Shown here one piece after another: positions 12,548 through 23,846 of a DNA stretch of 64,000 nt (positions are counted from its first letter, which is position 1; each line of letters opens with the position of its first letter). The position numbers and the translations under genes were made by a program. Below the pieces are notes generated by a model. The model saw only the letters and a program-made list of their open reading frames with translations, was not told where the DNA came from and did not search any database. This stretch comes from Marsupella aquatica (Eukaryota; Plantae; Marchantiophyta): contig OZ316892.1 of the NCBI GenBank assembly GCA_973895155.1, forward strand, positions 21,825,619-21,889,618, read 5' to 3'.

Positions 12548-14220
12548 TTTTTTTTTTTGCCTTGAAACATCCAATTGAATTTCATTCAAAGACACACTAC
12601 AACATGGTGGCCCACAAAGGAGGGACAACACCCCAAAGGGACCTGAGGTCAAGTGCCAGGAGCGGGGGGAGGGGGCAGGCGCCGGGACCAAGATAGAGGC
12701 CAGGCCTCCAAAGAGAGACAGCCAAACACAACGTTCAACTATTGTAGGGGGAGCTGCACACACCCAAGACCGGCCAGTGAAACAGCCCCGGCAAGGGGGC
12801 ACTCAGTGGGTCCGAGACAAAAGGAGACTGGTCAATCTAATCTACAGGTCAAACCTCTACCTTGAGCAGCTAAAACATTTCAGGGGGGCCTGAGTGGCAT
12901 AGGGGACCTGAAGGATGTCAACGTGGACCTCCCAGAGGCCAGCGTCAGCACCATAGTCAAAGGACATATCTGAAAACATCTTGTTGCTTGCAGCCTTCCC
13001 TGCTCTAAACCTCTCTAAGACTAGCCCAATCCCTACGCATGTAAACAATGAGCCTATGCCAGGATTTCGTAACTACAACATGGGGGTCAGAACGGGTGTG
13101 TTCAATGAAATGTGCACTCCTGTCTTTTCAAATATTCCAACAAGCAATTGCCCTGAGTGTGTCCCAGAGCCTTTGGGGCACATCCCATTCTATGGGTAGT
13201 TGCTCAGCCATGAAGATGTGAGCAGGTTGCAGACCGGAGTGAGGTTGACCAGTGATTGAAGCAATCCTCAAAATGTTGCACCCACCAGACCAGACGAGCA
13301 ATATCCTCTTGCAAATCCAAGTTACATCGTGTACACCACGTGGAGGTAGGGAAGTGCCAATGTTGGCTGGCAGGAATACGGTATACCATCTACCATAAGA
13401 AGCGATTCTCAGAGGCGACATGGAAGGGGAGACAGGTCATGCGCCACAATGCACGAGGGTTGGGCAGCCAATTAAGACACACATACCACTTGTGCAACAC
13501 TTTATGTAAAATCCTCCTCTCCTGGCCTTGCATATCTCAGAGGGGAGCATATCTCAAAGGGGAGCAGTGTTAGTGTCAAGGAAGGGTCTTCCATCCTTCC
13601 AACAATATTGAGTAGCAGACTCTAGATCCCCACAAGGCTGGCCAACGTGCTGTCTAGCTGATGCCTTACATGATGAGCGGATCAACATTGGGTGGATTGG
13701 AGTGGAGTGGAGGAGTTGCGTGTTATCTACCGGCAATAAGAAGCCATTGCAAACATTGTAGGTGCAAATGGCAGTGTAGTTAGCAAAGAAGACCCTCCAT
13801 TGTGTCGTTAGCAAAGAAGACCCTCCATTGTGAAGTGCACTAGTTCTTCTAGACCTTGAACTCCCACACAGTATGTGCAAGGTCAAGGAGAATGCCTTCC
13901 ATGTAAATTGTGACCTTACTATGTCGACGGTTTGAGTCCAACTGAGGGACACGATTGTTGATCATCTTGTGGTAGACAGAGCTGCAAGTACATGGGAGCA
14001 AGTTACAAGGACCGTCTTCCCACTGTAAGAATTGACCCTGGACCGACATCACATCCCTCATCACCAGTTGAAGCCAGCTGCATGAATCTCTTGCTGTGGG
14101 TTACTCAGGCATTTAGCCCTGCCCGAATGTGATTAAGATGAGGTTGCCAAAGGGGGAGTGCCATCCATCCATAAATTCTTCTTGATCACATTCCATCCCA
14201 TGCAAACATTCAGCCAAACA
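12548..14220 (-). mobile_element. L1-clade LINE, 3' (non-inverted) segment with poly(A) tail and zf-RVT zinc finger
   Basis: T11 at 12548-12558 is a poly(A) on the minus strand, preceded by AATGAAATTCAATTGGATGTTTCAAGGC. Minus-strand WCTRCNLDLQEDIARLVWW resembles zf-RVT (CxxC...E..H..W.C). The segment is degenerate. Confidence 0.8.
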
Positions 14221-15278
14221 GCTCAATAAGCTGTTACACCATGCTAACTAGTCTAAGCTAGACTTCATCCTCATGAAGCTTGATGTTACTAAGGCTTTTG
14301 ACATGCTGGAATGACATTTTCTTTTGAGCATAATGGAAAGAGTAGGAATTGATGGCCTTATTTGCAATTTCTGCGTGCTACCCATGCCTCCTCCTCTTTA
14401 GCTGTGCTTTTGGATGGAAGGATGGCTAAGAGGATGGCTAATGGCTTCAACCTGGCCGGCTCTGTTCGACAAGGTTGTCCCTTGTCCCCCTTGGTGTTCA
14501 TCATTGCCATTGATGCTTTGAGTAGAATGATACACAAGGAAGTTGGCCAAGGAACAATTCAGGGGGTCCAGATCAAGTCAGCAAGGGTACATAGTGTTCA
14601 CAACATGTTTGTTGATGATGTGTCTCTCCTCAGTTACGGCTGTCATGTCGGTGGTTATGAAGTGCATGGAGATCTTTTTGGCCTTGCTTTGGGTCATTTT
14701 TGCAATTGGGAAAAGACAAAAGTAGCTTACATCTCACCACATCCGATTGCAAGGGACTTTCAAGCACTGCCCTGGAAATGGGAGACTGATCAAAATGCTA
14801 GTAATTGCTCTGCATCATTGTTGCACAACACTTCTCAGAGGAGCTGATGGTCTCAGCCTTGTCTCCGAAGTTGGAGAACCGTCTAGATAATATGCACAAT
14901 TGCTAACCATTTGGTCCTCATTAGTCTGTGGTACATGTTAACTGTTTGGGCAAGGAAATTGGCCACCCTAAATGCCATCCAGAAGAAGGTTATGCAGTTT
15001 GTGTGGGATGTTCAGAATGAGAGGGCTTGACCTAGGTGGATTTTTTCACCATTACACAGCCAAAGCAATTTGGAGGGCTCGAACTTATCTCCATTGCAGC
15101 TCAATTCCATGCCCTTGCTGGCAGCTTCATTGTCTGGGCCACGGCTGAGCAAGCTCATCCCTTTTGGAGCATTCTGCAAGACCTTGGCCAACTCTCCTTG
15201 AAGAAATGGGGCTCTAATGACTATGCATGGGTGTTTAACCAGTGCTACAATACCCCCACGAAGGCTTCTGTTGTTTGG
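14221..15278 (+). mobile_element. L1-clade LINE reverse transcriptase, inverted 5' segment of the same insertion (pseudogenized)
   Basis: LMKLDVTKAFDMLE*HFL, GSVRQGCPLSPLVFIIAIDAL, HNMFVDDVSL and PKQFGGL are non-LTR RT motifs. The frame ends at KASVVW, which continues as VWLNVCMGWNVIKK at the start of the minus-strand segment. Confidence 0.88.
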
Positions 15279-16488
15279 ACGATGCTTATTGATCTGTGTA
15301 GTTTCTAAGGAGAATCACTTGCAATTATGATCGTTCAGTGGAATCTTGTCGATTGCCACTAATTCACATAATGCACCAGGTGGAGCAATGCCACAATCAT
15401 TATCTACTTTGCACTCTCACTTAACTACTAAGAAGGCAAACATCTACATTTCACAACAGATCAATTTCAAGTTAGATTGCAAGCTCAATTTCATCACTCT
15501 GCAATCAAATGCTAAAAATTTGTGATCACATTTCACGGTCCAATGACAGACTTTTCCACAGTGACAGAAATGTGCAAGAGCAACCACAATGTTTCGTAAG
15601 CCGACAGGTCAGATACCACCATCATTCGAGCTCTCTCTCAGGACATTCCACATTGGGACCCAGTTCCGCAGGTCTATCCACACCAAGCACACCGAATACT
15701 GCATGGCGCAAAAGTCGATCAGGACCAGGTCAAAAAGCATAATGCCTCCTCGACACGAGAGCTTCTCTTTGTGCCCAGGTCCTGATTTTGGCGGCGTTTC
15801 AGGGGCAAGGATTTACTCCGCGCAATCTGCGCTCTCAACACTTGGGTCCAGGTCCAGGTCCGAGTTCTTTGTTTTAGACGGCCGAGTTTATACGGCGTGA
15901 ACGCAATGAGACATAGCAACAAGAGCTTGTTATACAAAGAGTACTTCACATTCGGACCGTCCAGACTTCTAATGGGAGGGTCGGACAACAATACCTGTAA
16001 TCATACCTGGGATCATTTCTCTAGTGTTGAGGCTTTATCGCAACATGGAAGAAATCGACATAACTAATTTTGCTTGGAGGCCCCACCATGGCTGCCTCTA
16101 ATGAAGGGCAGAGCCGCAGGATTTGTTGGCAATATCGGCACAATACATGAGTGATGATGAGTCCATCTTGACAAGCGATTGATTGACCCACTACTAGCTA
16201 CAGGTTAGCAAGGTGGGGGACCTTTCACAGTCTGACGGGTTTGCTAGTGGCACCGCTGGAATGGTCTCATTGCTGATGGGAGACATAATAATTACTGAGT
16301 TTAAAGTCTCATGCGAGAATGAGAAGAGAGCAAATCGGAGTCGCTAGCTTTGGCCACGGTGTCCGGCTGGATGGGCATACAATGGAGCGTCCAAATCTTC
16401 GTGTCACCACACAAACTGAATCACCAAATCGAGTGAAGTTGAGGAGGATTGGTACCATTTCATTGGTGGAGCTATGTGGTCGGAACTC

Positions 16489-17124
16489 TCAGGCGGGGGG
16501 TTAACTAAGTGTATATTTTGGGGTCCTAGTGTTGAGCATAGACGACAATCGCAATGACAAGCACATGAACCATCCAACACACAAGAGCCGACACAGAGAG
16601 ATACGTGGTTCACCTCCACATGAGACTACGTTCATAAGAACACACAAGAACTTTACTGCACTCTTAGCTGACCGGCCATACCAAACATCCATAGCACAAG
16701 CTCTCTCTATCTCTCAAGTAGCTTCGTAACAATGAGCTTGAGTTCCCACTCTCCAAGCAAACACCACTTGGGTATAGAGTGTGCACAGCATGACTAACCT
16801 AACCAAGTCTACGACTAAGGTTAGCCTTAACTACGGTACAATCATTACTCTAGATCTAAGAGTAAATCCTAACACCTAGGATCCTAGCCTAATATAAATA
16901 AACCTATTTTATAAAGAAAATATTCAAAGAATATTATCTATTTTCAATATTAATAATCTATTTTACTTTATAAAAGGTATATATTAAAGAATATTCTATA
17001 AATACGAGTTCATAATATCTTCTTTTGTCTCCTACGCTTTTTAAAAATTTGGTTAATTTCTATCAAAAATGTCTATATTGGATTGCACGTGGTTCTTAAG
17101 ATTTTTGATAGTCAACCTTCCAAA
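16489..17124. mobile_element. Non-autonomous DNA-transposon-like insertion with 9-bp TSD (Mutator-like), carrying a nested solo LTR
   Basis: TCGGAACTC is duplicated at 16480-16488 and 17125-17133, and the uninterrupted site is visible in the paralogous segment at 17770-17918. Termini are imperfectly inverted (GGGGGGTTAACTA vs reverse complement GGAAGGTTGACTA). The AT-rich body resembles 37800-37965 in reverse orientation. Confidence 0.6.
16530..16874 (-). mobile_element. Solo LTR related to the copia element at 24272
   Basis: TG...CA ends, 345 bp, CCTAG TSD at 16525-16529 and 16875-16879. The reverse complement aligns with the copia LTR (GTGGAGGTGAACCACGTATCTCTCTGTGTCG; CGTCTATGCTCAACA). Confidence 0.92.
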
Positions 17125-17241
17125 TCGGAACTCCGCCCCTACTCTCCCATGCTTCATTCAATGGTGATGTCAATCCATGTCTACATTCTAGCTCCGCTTT
17201 GCCTTCACCTGCCTCTAGTGATGGCAGCAGAGAAGGCATCT

Positions 17242-17702
17242 TGTGATTTAGGAGATCACCCAAAAAAACTAGTTTAAGGGTACAAGAGTCCTTTGATGGG
17301 AAATGAGTGGGGGCTTGTAGTGCAGATATCCTGTTCACCCAGGCAAATGAGCACTGGCTCATTAGGTGCTTCTGTAGTTGCACACCTGGCAATTTAGAAA
17401 TTGCCATTTTCAGTCAATTTAGAAATTGCCCTCTTCAGTCAATTCATGCACTTATCAAAACACTACAGTAGCTAAACACCATAGCCTTTTTGCTTCTTAA
17501 GGTCCAATTTGTTGGGAAGTTTTCAGTTCTTGCACTTGTGGATGAATATAGGTGTTTATTTGCTATTTCGCTTGTGCCCGTCTGTGGGTTTGGGCTCCCG
17601 TTGTTTGTTGAAGTTCACTTCACCCATTTGGACCCCCAAAAACCCGTAACTGGTGGAAGACCAAAAATGAAAAAAACCATACTAACCTGGTTTGATGGGG
17701 TA
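17242..17702 (+). repeat. Left arm of a long inverted repeat pair (partner at 22954-23846)
   Basis: Several blocks have near-exact reverse complements in 22954-23846: GTTGGGAAGTTTTCAGT.CTTGCACTTGTGGATGAATATAGGTGTT, CCGTAACTGGTGGAAGACCAAAAA and AAACTAGTT(T)AAGGGT.CAAGAGT. Confidence 0.88.
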
Positions 17703-17769
17703 CTCGAAGGTACCTGAGAATGTACCTGAGATGGTCCACAAACCTGGTTTGATGTGGCTGACCATCTCA

Positions 17770-17918
17770 GGTACCATTTCATTGGTGGAGCTGTGTGGTC
17801 GGAACTCCGCCCCCGCTTTCCAATGCTTCATTCAATGGTGATGTCGATCCATGTCTACTTTCTAGCTCCGCTTTGCATTCACCTGCCTGTGGCCATGGCA
17901 GCAGAGAAGGCATCCTGT
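17770..17918 (+). repeat. ~150-bp direct duplicate of 16451-16488 + 17134-17244
   Basis: GGTACCATTTCATTGGTGGAGCT.TGTGGTCGGAACTCCGCCCC...ATGGCAGCAGAGAAGGCATC.TGT is present twice, roughly 90% identical by manual count. Confidence 0.9.
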
Positions 17919-18510
17919 ATCCTATTCACGTCAAGCTCAAGCTGATTGGACATATCCAGCTAATTCTGCAAATCTAGCTGATGTGGGCGCCTGCTTTTAA
18001 GGCAGCTGGAGCTCCATGCTCGGTTGTTTGAGTATGCTGCGTCGTTCACCCCCACGCGACTGTTAGATTAGCGCGAGCATGGCTCTTATTGCCGAGCCGT
18101 GTGTCCATCAATGCTGGTAATTGCGGTAGGACCGCTCCGTTAGAGTTCGTCACGTTAGAGAGATTCAGCTGAGCTCTCCATTGGTACGGTGTACTCCGTT
18201 CACTGTTTACGCCAGAGCATCAGCGAGGTGTTGTATACGCTCTGTAGCATGTGTTTCCTTCCATGTGTGTGGTCTATCTGCTTGATTGTGTTAGAAGAGA
18301 CTGTAGATTCAATCGATTTGTCTCTCTCAGCAGCAGTTGAGTTTGTGCGGTGAAATTTCTCTACAGCAGGAAAGAAGTGGGATGCTCTAGGGGCAATACT
18401 CAATTCTCTAGGTGTGAATGTAATGAGTTTCGATGTGGAATTGCAGATAAGCAAGAGGGAGGTATCTGACCAGTGTAAGCCTGCAAGTCTCTGAACCGTA
18501 CTGGTTCGAG

Positions 18511-21500
18511 ATGAGCACAGCGACGGTTTGCATAAGCCATCCAACAAGTGGGTTTGGATGCACTGCCCAGACGTTGCTGAGTAGGACGGAAAAACCAGGC
18601 TGCACTGCTCAGAGTTCAGGGCGGAAAGGAAGTGCGGCTTATGGCTCGAGTGCAGGTCCAAGTGTCTCCTCGGGTGATAGATTCTCCTGCCGGCACGTCG
18701 ACCTTGCTTTCAAATGGACGGGCTCCGAGTCTAGACTTGGACTCCAAGCCGCAGCTGCTTCGAGAGGTGTGAATTGTTCAAAGAATGTTCTGGTCGTTTA
18801 TGGAGGTCCAAGAGGCGGCCTCATTGACCTGAGAACGAGGACTAAACCTGGCAGATTGAATCCCAATTTGGTGCACGAGCTGTACTCTGCTCCTCCGAGG
18901 AATTGCTCCACCCTTCCATCTTCGGTTTCAGATACTAGGTTAGCTTATGGCTACTACTTGGGCCCTGCTTATGGTTATGGAGGAGGTTTGGGGAGCGGCA
19001 GCTTCCTAGTGTTCATCGTTCTGGGGTTTATAGCCGTTCAAGCCTTTCAAAGTTTGGCTTCTGGGCGATCGGAGGGAGGGCTGTTGACTACTCGTGAGAA
19101 AGTCAGTGTGTTGAAGCTGCAGGTGGGTTCTAATTAGCTGGCTATATTTTCCCTACGGTCTTTCAGATTTACCTTCGCTCCTGCACCATCTTCGAAAACA
19201 CTTCAACTCTTCTTGAAGCCTACCGCATCCCGGTCACTGGAGCGATTCACACAGTCTTCATCACTCATCGTAGAATTAATCCCATTGAGAATTTCCAATC
19301 TTCTTCGTGGATAACTTCCTCCCACAATCTTTCCCTACATCTTTGTACTGGAGATTTAGGTCCATCCGTGTCTAAGCCAGCGTCGCCGTTTAAGAGTTTT
19401 CCTTTTGAGTTTAGCTGGCAGTCAATTTGGATATTGTCATTTTTCATTTAAGTGTCTATCTACTGCTGCGGCTGCAGTCAAGTTGGAATTGGACACAATG
19501 AGCTTTGTTGCCTCTTTGACTGATAGCAAGTAGAAAGGGTTTTGTGCTTATTGCCAATCCGCTCGGGCATTCTGCAATTTTGCAGGTTGGGCTTCTTGGT
19601 TTTGCTCGTACTTTGCAAAATGATTTAGAACGTATCTCAGACCGTGCAGATACTTCAACTTCTCGAGGTCTCCACTACGTATTAACGGGTGAGTGGTTTT
19701 TCTTGCGAGCGTGGTGTTACTGGTCCCAACTGTGTAGCGTATATTGTTCGTGTGTATGATTTTTTGCTTTGAGATTTATCTTTGATGGATCCGATTGCTG
19801 TGTTCCATGTTTCATTCTAAGCTATGTTTCGGCTGCTTTGGAATTTACTAGGGATTTGCTTTTTCCTCATATGTATAATCCTGTAGGATTGAAAGTCTTC
19901 TTGTGACACGTTGCTGTGTTGTGCATCTGTAATTCCCAGAGACGGTGTTGGCCCTCCTTCGACAACCAGACATGTGCATTCTTGGCACTTCATTTGTAAG
20001 TTTCTGCATCCATGAGCTGAATTTTCGATCTGACGACTACTTCTACTGTGTCGATAGAGTTGTATTATGTGCCCGCAATGCCCACTTGTCTATTAGGTGT
20101 AGAAGATGTAGTAAACTAGCAGTCACACATATTATCACGCCAAGAAAAATGCTTCTCTATATGTTGAAGAGTGTACACAACCATGTGGAAAATGCTCGAG
20201 GGTGCTGCAAAGACACCCTCAGTGTGCCGTGCAACATTGACTTGAGTTATTTGGAATACAGTCAGAGGTTAAGCGCGGCGTAGACGCGGGAGAGAGGAGA
20301 TTTAACCAACTATCGTTGGAGGAGAGGGGCAAATTTGATGAAGAAACGTTGGTGAATGTTGACGGTAATCGCAAGCGGGCTCAAGACAAAATTCGGGGCG
20401 AGGGTTTCAGTAACGAGTACATTGTGGTAAGCTAGCTTCTTCTTCTGTTTCTAAATATCGAGACTCGACTAAAAAACCATTGTTGGATACTTAGTCTGTA
20501 CTTTAAAGCCCTAGAATTATGTATATCAAAGTAGTTTGAAACGGGACAAGCAATGTGAAGAGTGAGCGCAAAGAATATACATGAGATCGTAAAACAGCCT
20601 TTTGATTATCGCCTGCATCCTCGATTTTCTGTGTCAAAAGAAAGAACCCCAATAGTGAGCATCGGAATTACACAATGTCACGATTTAACCATAGGAGATC
20701 GAGGTGAAACTGGAATCCAGCACGGAGTAAAACAATACTTTTACAAACAGAACTGGGAAACCGATGTATTTTGGTTTCGTATGTTGGCGGGAACCTTTAT
20801 AATGCAAGCTAACTAGGGTTAACTTCAATTTATGTTTTAGTTACATGATGACAAGAGACAGTGTTTTTGTGGATTAGTTGCTGCCATTGTAAAGCCGTCA
20901 ACATTGGCGATGTCTAATGAGACATTCGGCTAAACCCAGATTCCTTAACCATTTCTTTACACGTTGTGGCGCTTATGAGATGAGGGGTCTGCAGGTCACA
21001 TTGCTTGTGGCAGCCGAGGGTGATTACAGTTTGCCAGCAATTTACGACAACAATGATCTCAAAGAGGCTCTGAAGAAGCTAGGTTCAATACCTGCAGACA
21101 ATGTTCAGGCAGGTTTTCAGGGTTCTGCAAGTGGGTTAATTATGATGTTCAATTTTTGTATCTTGGGTCCATTGTATCATCATTGAGCACAATATGTGGC
21201 TCTAGCAAGAAGACAGAATACATTTTTTTAAGGAACACGTGATGAATTTCGTGTTTGGAATCAACGAATATTGATTGTTGTTAACGTTTTACCGAGGCAG
21301 GAACCCTGAACAGTCTGTAGAATCAGAGCATCGTCATGGGTAGGCTTTTAATCGTCAAGAGTAAGAGGAGCTCGATAAGCTTCAGTTGAATTCCTACCAG
21401 TGCTGTCCCTAAAAAGCTCGTAATGTTTCTGTGCTTTATCTGATACTGATGGAGCTGTGTCGAATGCAGGCCGTGGAAATTCTTTGGACTCCGCAAGATA

Positions 21501-21562
21501 AGTCTGACGCATTGACTGAGAGGGATTTGCTCCGCAACTACCCGCTCTTGAAGTCGCTCTAA
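18511..21562 (+). CDS. FLAP1: FLAP1-like / DUF1517 chloroplast membrane protein, ~380 aa
   Basis: Exons 18511-19122, 19586-19688, 19940-19995, 20262-20426, 20995-21108, 21470-21562; the last intron is GC-AG. Motifs KVSVLKLQVGLLG.ARTLQ.DL, ADTST..GLHYVLTET.LALLR, FNQLSLEERGKFDEETLVNV, NEYIVVTLLVAAEG and AVEILWTPQ...D.L..RDLL..YP.LK.L match DUF1517. Confidence 0.9.
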
Positions 21563-22533
21563 TGTGCATGGTTCTTCCATTCGCAGAGCATCTTAAGTGT
21601 TGGCCTCTGCAATAAGTATGTGTAAATTGGATTCGTTTCGTAGATAACGACCCGCTCTGTTGCAGTGTGTAGCATGGTAACTATTTTACAAGTTTTGATA
21701 GTACTTGTAACAGGCTCCTTCCGTCACTGTTGACTGTTTCCTCGTTCAAGAATCCATATTTTCAAGTGACTTTTTTCCATAAACCCATACACCGTTCAGT
21801 CGAGTCACCTATTCATTCTCGTGCTGCTCATAACTCATCTAGGAATTATAAGTGAAGTTTTGTCTGCAATTGTGGGAAGTATGTGGCCTTCTTCTCACGG
21901 TTCCGACATTCTAGCCTTACCCCTAACCTTGGGCTGCACCTCCAGCTTTCATGGTCTTCAACCTCACCTCCATCAGCAGGTGTATGCTTCCACACAGTAT
22001 GCCGTATTCTCTTAATCTTTTTAGGATTTGGACGTGAGCTAGCCATCCAAAGTCAGAAGCGAATATGGTAGTTCTGAAGGAAAAAGATGCAGGTGAGCTT
22101 ACCATGGACTTGCTCCAGCCACATCGTCCACGAGCTGCAGATAATTGGTTGGTAGCCCAGGCCATTTCAGGAAGTGGGCCACAAAGCTACTCTTAGCTTT
22201 GCTGACGAGTGGAGCTCGAAAACAATTACAGATGATCTGAGTTCTTAGGTGCCACAATCGAAGGAATCGAGCTGGGAAGCTGAGGGGCAGACTCTCAGTG
22301 CGCGCTGTCTGAACTCATACAGTACTAGGAGAAGTTTTACGTGTAAACTTCACTGGAGAGAAAATACTTTTTTGCCACGGATGGATGTATTGATCCGAGA
22401 TTTACACGAGTAGACGAAATAAAATGGCATTGGTTTCCACTCTGACAAAGTGGATCTAGTTCTCAGCAATCGGCCGCGCACAGCAATCTTTAATTTAACA
22501 ATCATGCGTTTCTCTGCAGTTGCTGCTCTCCCT

Positions 22534-22810
22534 TTAAATCACACCTGCCTATAAAAGCCTCATTCCATGTCTCACTACTCACCATAAAAGTGGAACACTA
22601 GCATCTTTTGTGTATTACTTACTCACCATAAAAGTGGAACACTAGCATCTTTTGTGTATTACTTGCTTTTTGTGTATTACTTGTCAAAAAAATGTTTTGC
22701 AGTCAAAAAGCCCATTTTTGAACATGTGCTCAGTTCAAAGCCCATTTCTGAACATGTGTTCTTTACAATGAGAGCTACAGATTACCTTTATAGGGGCAGT
22801 TGTGATTTAA
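22534..22810. mobile_element. MITE with ~25-bp terminal inverted repeats, bounded by TTAA
   Basis: Ends are TTAAATCACACCTGCCTATAAAAG and CTTTATAGGGGCAGTTGTGATTTAA. It contains an internal 45-bp tandem duplication, its 3' end is duplicated again at ~22848-22940, and a second family member lies at 46201-46413. Confidence 0.75.
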
Positions 22811-22953
22811 GACCCCTTGAGAAATCATGATAACAGCTACTACTATACCCATTTCTGAACATGTGCTCTGCCGGTTACCTTTATAGGGGCAGTTGTGGTT
22901 TAAGACCCCTTGAGAAATGATGATAACAGCTACTACTATATCCGCTGTGCTCT

Positions 22954-23846
22954 TACCCCATCAAACCACATTAGTATGGTTTTTAAATTTTTTGGTCTTC
23001 CACCAGTTACGGTTTTCTTGGGGGTCCTGAATGGAATGATTTACTCAACAGGTGAAGGAAATTTCAACAAACAACGAGAGGTTCTTTACGCAACAAGTGA
23101 AGGAAACTGCAATAATCAAGGAGATGTTCCATAGTCAACAGGTCAAGTCGACTTCAATAAACAATGAGGGGCCAAACCCAATGACTGTTTTTTTCGGGTC
23201 CTGAATGCAATGCTTATCAGCAGGGGAATGAAACTGCAATAAACAGCGAGAGGTGCTTTATCCAACAGGTGGAGTAAACTTTAGTTAACAACGAGAGGCC
23301 AAGCCCACAGATCGGTTGTTTTTTTCTGGTCCTGAATGGAATGCTTTACTTAACAGGTGAAGACAGCTTCAATAAACAATGAGAAGCGAACCCCTTACTC
23401 AATGGGTGAAGTAAACTTCAACAAAAAATGGGAGTCCAAACCCACAGAGGGGCACAAGCCAAACAGTATATCAACACCTATATTCATCCACAAGTGCAAG
23501 GACTGAAAACTTCCCAACATAGAGGAACCCAAAAACCAAAAGGCTATGGTGCTTCGATAAGTGCATTGAACTGACTGAAGAGGGCAATTTATAAATTGCC
23601 AGGTGTGCTTCTTCTGGGGTTCTTTGTGTGACTTGGCCTGGTGCCTTTTGTACCTTTGGGGTTTCTTTTCTGGTTTTAATGCACATTTAAACTACAGTTG
23701 CAAATACATAAGGCCCACTGCACCTAATAAGCCACTGTTTATTTGCCTAGGTGAGCAGGATATCTACCCTAAAGCCCTCCCACTCATATCCCATCATGGA
23801 ACTCTTGCACCCTTAACTAGTTTCTAGAGTGGTTCTCTTAAACACA
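22954..23846 (-). repeat. Right arm of the long inverted repeat, containing an internal 45-bp-unit tandem array (~23046-23448)
   Basis: Reverse complement of 17242-17702 plus about seven copies of CAACAGGTGAAG.AAACTTCAA.AAACAA.GAGAG (starts near 23046, 23091, 23136, 23218, 23263, 23351, 23400). Confidence 0.85.

Noticed and set aside
15500-16450. Possible F-box/kelch-like pseudogene continuing into 17770-18200
   Set aside because: Only vague peptide resemblance (FFVLDGRVY, WSELRPRFP) with many stops; unsupported without a search.
23046-23448. CRISPR-like appearance of this and the other 45-60-bp arrays
   Set aside because: Units are degenerate tandem copies without unique spacers, there are no cas genes, and the context is eukaryotic.
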